From NCBI GenBank assembly GCA_965198235.1, contig OZ240248.1:3616001-3680000 (forward strand): 64,000 nt of DNA, in the 5' to 3' direction. The DNA comes from Candidatus Poribacteria bacterium (GTDB taxonomy: Bacteria; Poribacteria; WGA-4E; WGA-3G). This document shows, one piece after another, positions 48,927-57,242 of this stretch. The position numbers were made by a program, and so were the translations under genes. Within the stretch, counting starts at the first letter, position 1. Every line of letters starts with the position of its first letter. The notes below the pieces were generated by a model. It was given only the letters and a program-made list of their open reading frames with translations. It searched no databases and was not told where the DNA came from.

Positions 48927-50894
48927 CTACTCTTTCATTTTCAGGGCTGCCCATGTCGTCGTCAACCTATTCTTCGGATTCACCGGCTTCGCGTCGACGA
49001 GTCGGACCAATGCTTCGGAGATGACATCGGCAAGCGGGAGACCATCTCCCAAAATCTCTTTAACATCCTGCGATCGATAGAAACCGAGGATCGTTCCGTT
49101 CTCCTCATCAAATAGAACAGAACCTTCCGAGACGCTGTTCGCAGGTCCACACGTGTGCTGCCAGAGATCCAATGCTCCCAATCCTGCATGCGGCACAGAG
49201 ACACACCCTCGCACTCGAAGCGGAAGATTCAACGCCTCACCCTGATCTGCTCCTTTCAACATAATATCTAATCCAAACTTATACGTCAACAACTCCACAT
49301 CTATTTCCCTCAGGTTTGAATACGATGACAACTCCAGGGGTGCATACCCCGAAAAGTCCATGTCTCTGATTGCCAAAAGCACGCTACCCGTCTCACCATT
49401 CCCACTCGCAAAGGCAGCGACCTCCCTAACCTTGACATCCTCGGCAACCAACCCCTCATAACCCACCAGAGAGGTGTCATCTCGGTCAAGATACTTCCCT
49501 ATGCTATTTTCCTCGCGTTGCTGTGCGATGAACAGCGCATCCCCACCCAGCACGGTTCCGAGATACCCAACATGGAAAAGCATCGGTTGGTTGGGACGCG
49601 GCACGAGCAGATAAAACACAGAACGATAATTCGCAATCGAGGTCGCGTCTATCTCCCGCCACGCAGCTTCGTTTTGCGCCTGCTCCAAAAGCAACGCTAC
49701 GATATCCTTGTGCTTCTGCGTCTCTGCCTCCTTCAACGGTGTGTTGCCACCCGCACCCCTGATATTCACATCAACCGATTTGTGCTTGACAAGCCGTTCC
49801 GCTGCACCGTAAGACCCACGCGTCGCCGCCCAAAACAATGCCGTGCTACCCGCAGCATCTCTCACATTCACATCTATGTCCCTATGAGACAGAAGTTTAT
49901 CCACCAACTTTGGATACCCTTTCATCGCCGCATAGTGCAGTGCTGTTGCTCCACTGCTGTCTCTGGCATTAACATCCGTCTTCTCGTCCTCATCAATTAC
50001 TGTAGTGGCAAGCCATTCGTTTCCATGTTTGATTTCAAAGATAAGCGGAGACTTCGGACGACACCCATCGGGCGATGTCTCTAACTCATAATCAGGGAAG
50101 ATACAATCCTCTAATGGGAGATTTTCGTGATAGAATTTGTAGAGCCAGACGATACCGTTGGCATCGTCCTCAGTTACCCGTGTGGGGACAGGGTGTATAA
50201 CGCCGAGACCCGACATAACCGAAGCGGGTTGATGACCGATAGTTCTATCCAGTCCTCCCCTACTGACTCTTAATTCTTCCGCCTCTCGCCTCAGTATGAT
50301 ATACGTGTCCAGCAAACCGAAGGCGTGACCGAGCTCGTGCAGAATATGAAAAGCAAATTTTGGAGTTACGTCTGTGCCTTGGCGTATATTAAGTGCTGGG
50401 GGGATCGCCATATCCACCCCTACCAACGCACCTGATCGCTCAAAATGGCAGTAGAAAGTGATCACTAGATCATTTAACCTGTTTTCAGCCTTGTTTTTGG
50501 GATCCAAGTTCCGCACAAAGCGAAAGTCAGAGACGACGGGCTTGCCGGTATTCAAGTCCCGGACGGGTTGTAGCCATGCGTTCAAGGCTTGGGTGATGAC
50601 TGCCTCTATCGCCTCACCGTTGTTTCTCGCCTCCGGTGGACAGACACCCCCTTCACCCCATTCAGGACCGACGTATGCATAGCCAATCACCCACTGATCC
50701 TTATGCACCCTGCGGATGAGGTTGTTGAGCTTTCGCTTGAGATGCTCCGGGATTCTATGGTCACCCGCGATAAAGCCGTCCGCTGTGGGGGCACTGCTGA
50801 ACAACACGCCTATCGCCACCGCAAGTGTCAGGAGAATCTGCGCGCCCTGTAGGCGGGATTTGTAATCCCGATGCTTCTTTTTCATGAGTAGCAT
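48927..50894 (-). CDS. Secreted Zn-metalloprotease + ankyrin repeats + degenerate trypsin-like domain + TTTW motif
   Basis: Signal peptide, HELGHAFGL, TALHYAA/TALFWAA ankyrins, HTCGP...GSVLFD..G.ILG, PVNPKNRLTTTWAALK. Confidence 0.8.
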   Translation of the reverse strand: MLLMKKKHRDYKSRLQGAQILLTLAVAIGVLFSSAPTADGFIAGDHRIPEHLKRKLNNLIRRVHKDQWVIGYAYVGPEWGEGGVCPPEARNNGEAIEAVITQALNAWLQPVRDLNTGKPVVSDFRFVRNLDPKNKAENRLNDLVITFYCHFERSGALVGVDMAIPPALNIRQGTDVTPKFAFHILHELGHAFGLLDTYIILRREAEELRVSRGGLDRTIGHQPASVMSGLGVIHPVPTRVTEDDANGIVWLYKFYHENLPLEDCIFPDYELETSPDGCRPKSPLIFEIKHGNEWLATTVIDEDEKTDVNARDSSGATALHYAAMKGYPKLVDKLLSHRDIDVNVRDAAGSTALFWAATRGSYGAAERLVKHKSVDVNIRGAGGNTPLKEAETQKHKDIVALLLEQAQNEAAWREIDATSIANYRSVFYLLVPRPNQPMLFHVGYLGTVLGGDALFIAQQREENSIGKYLDRDDTSLVGYEGLVAEDVKVREVAAFASGNGETGSVLLAIRDMDFSGYAPLELSSYSNLREIDVELLTYKFGLDIMLKGADQGEALNLPLRVRGCVSVPHAGLGALDLWQHTCGPANSVSEGSVLFDEENGTILGFYRSQDVKEILGDGLPLADVISEALVRLVDAKPVNPKNRLTTTWAALKMKE

Positions 50895-50990
50895 ACTCTC
50901 TTTTGTCTCCTGTGTGCTATCGGTTATCGGTTATCGGTTATTAGTTGTCAGTTGTTAATCGTCTGAATCGCGGATGACGCGGATTTTAAG

Positions 50991-51181
50991 AGGGAGTCGG
51001 GATTCGGAGATCGCTCCTACAGCGGAGAGGAACGTCCCTCCGACTGAGGACGGGGGCAGTTCACGCGTTAAGGGAGTCGGGATTCGGAGATCGCTCCTAC
51101 AGCGGAGAGGAACGTCCCTCCGACTGAGGACGGGGGCAGTTCACGCGTTGAGAGAGTCGGGATTCGGAGATCCCTCCTACA
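50991..51181. repeat. 80-bp tandem repeat (about 2.4 units) containing a GTAG-type REP
   Basis: Units start at 50991, 51071 and 51151; each has GTCGGGATTCGGAGATC(G/C)CTCCTAC. Confidence 0.9.
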
Positions 51182-51204
51182 AGGAGATAACCGTCGGCTT
51201 CCGT

Positions 51205-51471
51205 TTACAAGTCGATTTCATCAAGGCTCTCTGCGGTCAGTGCCCTCTCAAACAGCGAATCAAGCCGAGAACGGCTCCGGATGGCGGTAATCCTTGTAGC
51301 AACTGATTCTGGAACCGTCTGAAATCGGATCTGTAGCAGTTTGAGGAGCACCTCGCGTTTGGCGCGGGTTTCTCCTTGCTCAATGCCTTGTTCTATACCT
51401 TGTTCAATGCCTTGTTTTATACCTTGTTCAATCCCTCGCTCTATGAGAACCTCAGCCATAGACTGTGCCAT
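51205..51471 (-). CDS. Putative internally initiated small Rpn protein (RpnS-type antitoxin), 88 aa
   Basis: GGAGGT 7 nt upstream of the in-frame ATG of MAQSMAEVL. Confidence 0.6.
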   Translation of the reverse strand: MAQSMAEVLIERGIEQGIKQGIEQGIEQGIEQGETRAKREVLLKLLQIRFQTVPESVATRITAIRSRSRLDSLFERALTAESLDEIDL

Positions 51472-52284
51472 TGTTTCTACCTCCATTCCTTGAGTATACC
51501 GGTCAACAAGCGTTATCAACTCTTCGTGTTCCTCTACTGGACGCCGATGCAAAATCAGCAAAAGTAAATAGACGATCGCCCGCCGCCGCTGCGCTTGCTC
51601 CGTATCAAGCGTATTCAGGTGCGACAGTGCCGAAAGCAACGCATCACTTATCGATGCCTTGTCCGCATCCTCCTTTTGAACAACCGTGAGCAACCACCCC
51701 AGTGGATGATCGCTTTCCGTCAACCTCGCCGCTGCTGTCTCCTTGACGCTGAGAAATAGCGTCTCAAACCTCGGAACAAACCGAGTCAGCACCTCCGGGA
51801 TATCCATGATCGCCGTCAACGTTAGCGGGGTCTGCCACCGTTGCGCACCCGTGTAAAACACAATCGGCAGGATCGGACGCAACCGCCACTGACTTTTCGG
51901 AAGGTTCGCAGACTCCCACTCCCGACGTTGTGAATCCCATATCTGCATCATGTAAAACAGCACCCGAAACCCCATCGACACATCAACCGTGGATTGGTGT
52001 TCAATCAGGATATAGATGAGGAGTTCATCGGTTTCTGAGTCGCTCTGAAACGGCACACTAAAGAGGATGTCCGATTCTTGCTCTCGGAGCGTATCAGAGA
52101 TAAAACTTCTATTCAGGTGTGTGAGTCGGCTAAAGTCAAGCAGTGCCACGAGGTCGCTGGCGACGATCTCTACCAAGCCCCGGACGTTCTCTTTGTCTTG
52201 GAGCAGCCACCGGGCACTCCGGTCGGGGAAGTGTTCAATTGAGGTCTCGAAAAAGTCCCGTATTTCTGTTTCCTTTGTTTCCAT
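51205..52284 (-). CDS. Rpn/YhgA-like PD-(D/E)XK nuclease
   Basis: LDFS.L....SFI...LRE.ESDILF, YILIEHQS, PIVFYTG, GIEQG repeats; RBS AGGAGG before ATG 52284. Confidence 0.9.
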   Translation of the reverse strand: METKETEIRDFFETSIEHFPDRSARWLLQDKENVRGLVEIVASDLVALLDFSRLTHLNRSFISDTLREQESDILFSVPFQSDSETDELLIYILIEHQSTVDVSMGFRVLFYMMQIWDSQRREWESANLPKSQWRLRPILPIVFYTGAQRWQTPLTLTAIMDIPEVLTRFVPRFETLFLSVKETAAARLTESDHPLGWLLTVVQKEDADKASISDALLSALSHLNTLDTEQAQRRRAIVYLLLLILHRRPVEEHEELITLVDRYTQGMEVETMAQSMAEVLIERGIEQGIKQGIEQGIEQGIEQGETRAKREVLLKLLQIRFQTVPESVATRITAIRSRSRLDSLFERALTAESLDEIDL

Positions 52285-52399
52285 ACTCCCTCCTGTCGTG
52301 CGATGTCTATATAGCATAGCACAATTCAGCTGCGAAAGCCAACCCAAAAGCGTTGGGATAATGTGTCGTGTCCATTGCCTAAATCAGGATTTGTAGCGC

Positions 52400-52643
52400 G
52401 TAGGTTGGGTTGAACGGACATCTGCCATACGCTACCCACTCAAAGAAAACTGACGTTTGGCTCATACATCCGCGGTTTCAAAGATACCGAGTGAAACCCA
52501 ACGCTTTTCGCGTGGGGTTTCGCCGGGGGTGATGGTATAAAGTTGGGTTTCGCTACAGTTTTGATTTTGGATGGGGTATAGGGTATTGGGATGGGTTTGG
52601 TGTGTCATCATCGTCTTTCTCGGTTTCGCTCAACCCAACCTAC
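52400..52643. repeat. REPIN/BIME-like element with GTAGGTTGGGTTGA ends
   Basis: Same four-motif architecture as 19264-19500. Confidence 0.75.
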
Positions 52644-52705
52644 GTAACTGCATCGCGGATTCTCATGGAGGACATGGATGCCGTAGATTTCACGGATTTG
52701 TCTTT

Positions 52706-52887
52706 AGCACCGTAGGTGCGGTATCTGTGTAGAACCGCGTGTCATATAAAAGCCAAGCCCCAGCGGGGCGGCATGTGTGTAGAAGTGCATCCACCACACA
52801 AACCATAGCCCCAGCGGGGCGGCATCTGTATAGAAAAACAACAGAAATAAAAAAACAAACCCCAGAGGGGTGACAGGTGTGTAGAAA
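52706..52887. repeat. Four tandem REP hairpins with (G/A)TAG tails
   Basis: GCCCCAGCGGGGCGGCAT.TGT.TAGAA-type units in the same orientation. Confidence 0.75.
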
Positions 52888-52897
52888 CAAGGGACCC

Positions 52898-54835
52898 TCA
52901 CTCCATCCGTTTGATTTCTGCCCATGTCGTCGTCAACCTATTTTTCGGATTCACCGGCTTCGCGTCGACGAGGTGTATCAATCCTTCGGAGACGCTGTTC
53001 GCAAGCGGCAACCCATCCCCAAGAATCCCCTCAATCGCCTGTTCAGTAGAGAAGCCGATGAGCGTGCCTCTCTCTTTATCAAATAACAATGACCCCGAAG
53101 CGATGCTGTTCGGAGGTCCACAGGTGTGCTGCCATAAACCTTTGGCACCCAACCCGACATGCGGCACTGAGACGCACGAACGCACCCGAAGCGGAAGATT
53201 TAACGCGTTATCTTTGTCTCTCCCCTTCAACTGGATCCCCGATCCAAACTTGTAAGTCAACACCTCGACATCCGTTTCTGTGAGAATGGGGTCTGTTGAT
53301 ACCAGTAACGGTTCATAAGCTGAGAGATCTACGTCTCTGATTGATAGAAGCACATTGCCTGTTTCACCGTCCGCACCGGGAAACGATGCGACCTTCCGAG
53401 TCTTGATATCCTCGGCAACGACACCCGCATGACTCACGAGTGTGAAGTCTCCTTTGCTGAGATAACTTTCTATGGAAGCGTCTTCCCGTTTCTGTGTAAT
53501 GAACAACGCATCTCCCCCGAGGACTGTTCCCAGATACCCCGCATGGAAAATCAATGGACGCGGATCGTGGAGTAGGTAAAATACAGAACGGTGGTGTGCC
53601 GGGGCGGTCTTGTCAACGGATATCCAGTCGGTTTCCTGCTGTTCCTGTTCTAAAAGCAACGCCATGATGCGATCGTTTTCTTGCGTTGCGGCTGCCTTCA
53701 GGGGTGTCGTGCCGGCTGTGTTTCTGATATTCACATCAATCTTCCTGTGCTTGAGAAGTCGCTCTGTCACACCGTAAGACCCGCGCTTTGCTGCCCAAAA
53801 CAATGCTGTGCTTCCCTCGGCATTCCTCGCATTCACATCAAGGTCCGAATGAGAGAGAAGTTTCCCCAGTAACCGTGAATATCCTTGCGCCAACGCATGG
53901 TGGAGTGCCGTCGAACCCGTCTCGTCCTTGGCGTTGACATCCGTAGTGCTGTCTTCTTCTATGACTTTGATCGCAAAGCGCTCATCAGGGCCATGTTTGA
54001 TTTCAAAGAGAAGTGGAGACTTCGGACGACACCCGTCAGGCGATCTCTCTAACTCATAGTCAGGAAAGATACAGTCTTCAAGTGGCAGATTTTCGTGATA
54101 GAACTTATAGAGCCAAACGATACCGTTCTTATCGTCCTGACCGATGCGTCTGGGACCCGGACGCGAGATGTGCATATCCGACATCACCGAAGAGGGTTGA
54201 TGACCGATGGTTGCAAGCAAGCCACCCCTGCTCACTTGGTACTCTTCTCCGGGTATCTTCCGCCGATACGTGTCCAGCAAGCCGAAGGAGTGTCCGAGTT
54301 CATGTAGGATAGCATTCGCGAAGCGGTCGTCCACATCCGTGCCTTGGTGCATGTGGATCTCGGGTAGGTGTGCCTCATCTGCCGCCGTCAATGCGCTTGA
54401 TTGACCGAAATCGCAGAAGAAACCGATTAGCAGGTCGCACTGCTTGACCGCAGCCTTGTCTCTAACATCAAGGTTTGAGACATAGCGAAAGTCATCGACG
54501 ACGGGTTTGCCGGTGTTCAAGTCCTTGACGGGCTGTAGCCATGCGTGGAGTGCTGCGGTGATGGCTGCCTCGATCGCTTCTCCGTTGTTGCGTGCCTCTG
54601 GAGGGCAGACCCCGGCAGGTTCACCCCATTCAGGATCGGCGTATGCATAGCCAATCACCCACTGATCCTTATGCACCCGACGGATGAGGTTGTTGAATTT
54701 TCTCCTCATATGCTCTGGAAGTTGAGACTGATGGTCAAACGCCATAAATCCGTCCGCTGTGGGGGGTATATTGAACAGCAGGCTCCCCACCACCGCAAGC
54801 GTCAGGCAGAGAGGGATTGTTTTTAGTGGGTGCAT
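52898..54835 (-). CDS. Secreted Zn-metalloprotease + ankyrin repeats + trypsin-like domain + TTTW motif (paralog)
   Basis: Collinear with 48927-50894; HELGHSFGL, ankyrins, HTCGPPNSIASGSLLFD, PVNPKNRLTTTWAEIK. Confidence 0.8.
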   Translation of the reverse strand: MHPLKTIPLCLTLAVVGSLLFNIPPTADGFMAFDHQSQLPEHMRRKFNNLIRRVHKDQWVIGYAYADPEWGEPAGVCPPEARNNGEAIEAAITAALHAWLQPVKDLNTGKPVVDDFRYVSNLDVRDKAAVKQCDLLIGFFCDFGQSSALTAADEAHLPEIHMHQGTDVDDRFANAILHELGHSFGLLDTYRRKIPGEEYQVSRGGLLATIGHQPSSVMSDMHISRPGPRRIGQDDKNGIVWLYKFYHENLPLEDCIFPDYELERSPDGCRPKSPLLFEIKHGPDERFAIKVIEEDSTTDVNAKDETGSTALHHALAQGYSRLLGKLLSHSDLDVNARNAEGSTALFWAAKRGSYGVTERLLKHRKIDVNIRNTAGTTPLKAAATQENDRIMALLLEQEQQETDWISVDKTAPAHHRSVFYLLHDPRPLIFHAGYLGTVLGGDALFITQKREDASIESYLSKGDFTLVSHAGVVAEDIKTRKVASFPGADGETGNVLLSIRDVDLSAYEPLLVSTDPILTETDVEVLTYKFGSGIQLKGRDKDNALNLPLRVRSCVSVPHVGLGAKGLWQHTCGPPNSIASGSLLFDKERGTLIGFSTEQAIEGILGDGLPLANSVSEGLIHLVDAKPVNPKNRLTTTWAEIKRME

Positions 54836-55404
54836 GTCGTTTCTCCCATCTTAAGGGGTGTCGGGTGTCGGTGTTGGGTGCGCATTGTCTGAATCAGGAT
54901 TTTCAGGATTAAAGGATTTGCAGGATGATAGCCGTCAACGGTCAAATAATAACAGATTTCAGTGAAAAGTCAAGAGCGATCGAGATTCGGACAGGAGCCA
55001 TTTAGTTTTACGTATTTACTTTATATATGCGGATGTTTTTCCGCTGTAGGAGCGAGCTGTGCTCGCGATATTTCCTAAAGACGTTAACTTATGTAAACTA
55101 AAACCATGATTGGAACCGAAAACGAAATGGCTCTGAGATTCGGAAGAGTTATTCACTTCTCGCGAAGCGTTCTTGTGGGAGAGAACTTTGTAAACCCGAT
55201 GTATGTTCCCGCTCCACCCAACACCTAATAGATACCAAAAACAATCCGCGCAATCCGCGTCATCCGCGACAATCCGTGATTCAGACGACTCGATGCCGCT
55301 GTCCAAAGGAACGAAACGTCGCTACCATAAATGCCTCTGATTCTCGGCACTGTGCAGGTAAGCACGGTTGAAAGCGGCACAAGCGTTGGGTATTTTATAA
55401 TGTG

Positions 55405-56304
55405 TTAATTGTGCCCCAACCTTGCTTGTTCACCGGCATGATAGGAACTTCGCACTAATGGACCCGACTCTACATGTCGAAATCCCATTTCGATGCCTGC
55501 TTCTTTGATCTCTTCAAATTCTTCAGGGGTATAATAGCGTTGAATCGGCAAATGGCGTGGGGAAGGGGAGAGGTATTGACCCACGGTGAGAATATCACAT
55601 TCGGTATTGCGGATGTCTTCCATTGTCTCTAAGAGTTCCGTCACGGTTTCACCTAAGCCGACCATGAGTCCGGATTTTGTGAGCATCTGTGCGTCCAGTT
55701 GTTTGCTGGTTCGGAGAAGGTTCAGCGTTTGTTGGTAATTCGCATAGGGGCGGACGCGGCGGTAGAGACGTGGAACTGTTTCCGTGTTATGATTGAGCAC
55801 TTCGGGGCGTGCTTGTACGAGGGCAGCGAGTGCGTCCCAATTTCCTTCGAGGTCGGGGATGAGGACTTCCACTGTGCATCCGGGACGGTTTTTCCGTGCT
55901 TCGGCGATACATTCGGCAAAAACACTCGCGCCGCCGTCAGCAAGGTCGTCCCGGTTGACGGAGGTGATAACGACGTGTTCGAGTTTTAAGTAACCGACGG
56001 CTTCACCGAGTCTGCGCGGTTCATCGACATCGACGATGCCTCCGGGCGCGCCTTTTTTCACAGCGCAGAACATGCATCGACGGGTACAGACATCGCCGAG
56101 TATCATGAAGGTAGCGGTACGGCTGTTCCAGCATTCACCGATATTGGGACATCGCGCCTCTTCGCAGACCGTGTGAAGCTGCAGATTCCGCATTAATTGC
56201 TTGAGTTCAGCGTAGTTACCACCGCTCGGCATCCGAGCTTTAATCCATGTCGGATGTCGTCTTTGTGATGTTCTTTGCTGGACTAATGGAAGCGTCTTTA
56301 GCAT
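55405..56304 (-). CDS. lipA: Lipoyl synthase
   Basis: CEEARCPNIGEC and CTRRCMFC clusters, VRSSY C-terminal motif. Confidence 0.97.
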   Translation of the reverse strand: MLKTLPLVQQRTSQRRHPTWIKARMPSGGNYAELKQLMRNLQLHTVCEEARCPNIGECWNSRTATFMILGDVCTRRCMFCAVKKGAPGGIVDVDEPRRLGEAVGYLKLEHVVITSVNRDDLADGGASVFAECIAEARKNRPGCTVEVLIPDLEGNWDALAALVQARPEVLNHNTETVPRLYRRVRPYANYQQTLNLLRTSKQLDAQMLTKSGLMVGLGETVTELLETMEDIRNTECDILTVGQYLSPSPRHLPIQRYYTPEEFEEIKEAGIEMGFRHVESGPLVRSSYHAGEQARLGHN

Positions 56305-56410
56305 TTTTTAGTTTACTTAGTAGTTTCGGGCTTGGAAACCTCAAAAAAGCCACTGACTTAATTAGCCAATGGCTTTCTTATAGATTAATTGCTATAGATT
56401 TACCATAGTA

Positions 56411-56827
56411 CTATGCTGCTTTAGAGCCGGAATGCTGATTGACCTTGCCATTCTTTTCAGCATTCCGTGCTTCCAGTACTTCTTCCAACGTTTTGCCTTC
56501 TTTTTGAGCTTGCTCTAATTTCTTATACAATTTATCTTCGGCTTTAGCTTCGCCTTCAGCAAGGATTCTGTTTTTAAAGAGTTTTGCATACCCTAACATA
56601 ATAGCCTCCAATATATGTGATAGTATGAAAAACCAGCCAACTATTAACGTCATTAAAACTGCCATTCGTGCTAATGTCGTTTCTCCTAAATCTTTCCAAG
56701 CCCAACCGAAGCAGAATTCTGCTATAGTATTGGCAATGATTAGTCCTGAAAAAACTACAACAAACACGAAAAACCACTTACGAGGAATTCTTACCAGTGA
56801 TACATATTCATTTCCGTTTTCATTCAT
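56411..56827 (-). CDS. Hypothetical two-TM membrane protein with charged tail
   Basis: 138-aa AT-rich ORF with its own promoter. Confidence 0.65.
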   Translation of the reverse strand: MNENGNEYVSLVRIPRKWFFVFVVVFSGLIIANTIAEFCFGWAWKDLGETTLARMAVLMTLIVGWFFILSHILEAIMLGYAKLFKNRILAEGEAKAEDKLYKKLEQAQKEGKTLEEVLEARNAEKNGKVNQHSGSKAA

Positions 56828-56886
56828 AGCAAAAAGCCTTGTTCAAGCAAAGCATCCCAGTAAGAATGGATTTACCCCTTTTAAGT

Positions 56887-56915
56887 AGTATAGCCTTTTT
56901 ACACTTATTTGTCAA
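56887..56915 (-). promoter_or_regulatory. Sigma70-type promoter
   Basis: TTGACA-17 nt-TATACT on the minus strand. Confidence 0.6.
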
Positions 56916-57003
56916 GTTAACAAGTTTTTTGATGTCTAAAGCGTGTAACCACTTATCGTGTTGGTTAAGGCACGACAGCGCGTGCCTACTACTTCTAAGC
57001 CAA

Positions 57004-57097
57004 TGGCGGGAGAGGGTGGGAGTCGAACCCACCTATCCACTTGCATGGACAAGCCGGTTTTGAAGACCGGTAGGGCCACCGGACCCTATCCTCCCCC
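57004..57097 (-). tRNA. selC: tRNA-Sec (anticodon UCA)
   Basis: 8-bp acceptor stem, 6-bp D stem with 4-nt loop, CTTCAAA anticodon loop, long variable arm, GTGGG-TTCGACT-CCCAC T arm, GCCA end; downstream of selB. Confidence 0.95.
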
Positions 57098-57130
57098 ATA
57101 ATTGGTAGTGCTGTGCACATACAAACCCAA

Positions 57131-57232
57131 TAGGACTTACGCATTCTCTCTTAAAGTCCCCCTGATAAGGGGGATTTAGGGGGTTAAATACAACGAAATA
57201 TGCCCTTTTCTGTTCAATTTGCGTAAGTCCTG
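57131..57232. mobile_element. MITE family A copy (102 bp) between selB and selC
   Basis: TAGGACTTACGCA...TGCGTAAGTCCTG, exact CCCAA duplication; inverted near-identical to 30447-30548. Confidence 0.9.
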
Positions 57233-57242
57233 CCCAATATGT

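Noticed and set aside
50991-51181. Possible CRISPR array
   Set aside because: The sequence between repeats is identical in each unit, so it is a tandem repeat; no cas genes nearby.
52706-52887. Possible degenerate CRISPR array
   Set aside because: Units vary in sequence and spacing and match the dispersed REP family.
54887-55286. MITE bounded by GTCTGAATC inverted repeats
   Set aside because: No target duplication is visible and the motif occurs singly elsewhere; treated as a dispersed repeat.
56411-57004. Island integrated at the tRNA-Sec 3' end
   Set aside because: No duplicated tRNA end or integrase found; only one AT-rich gene.
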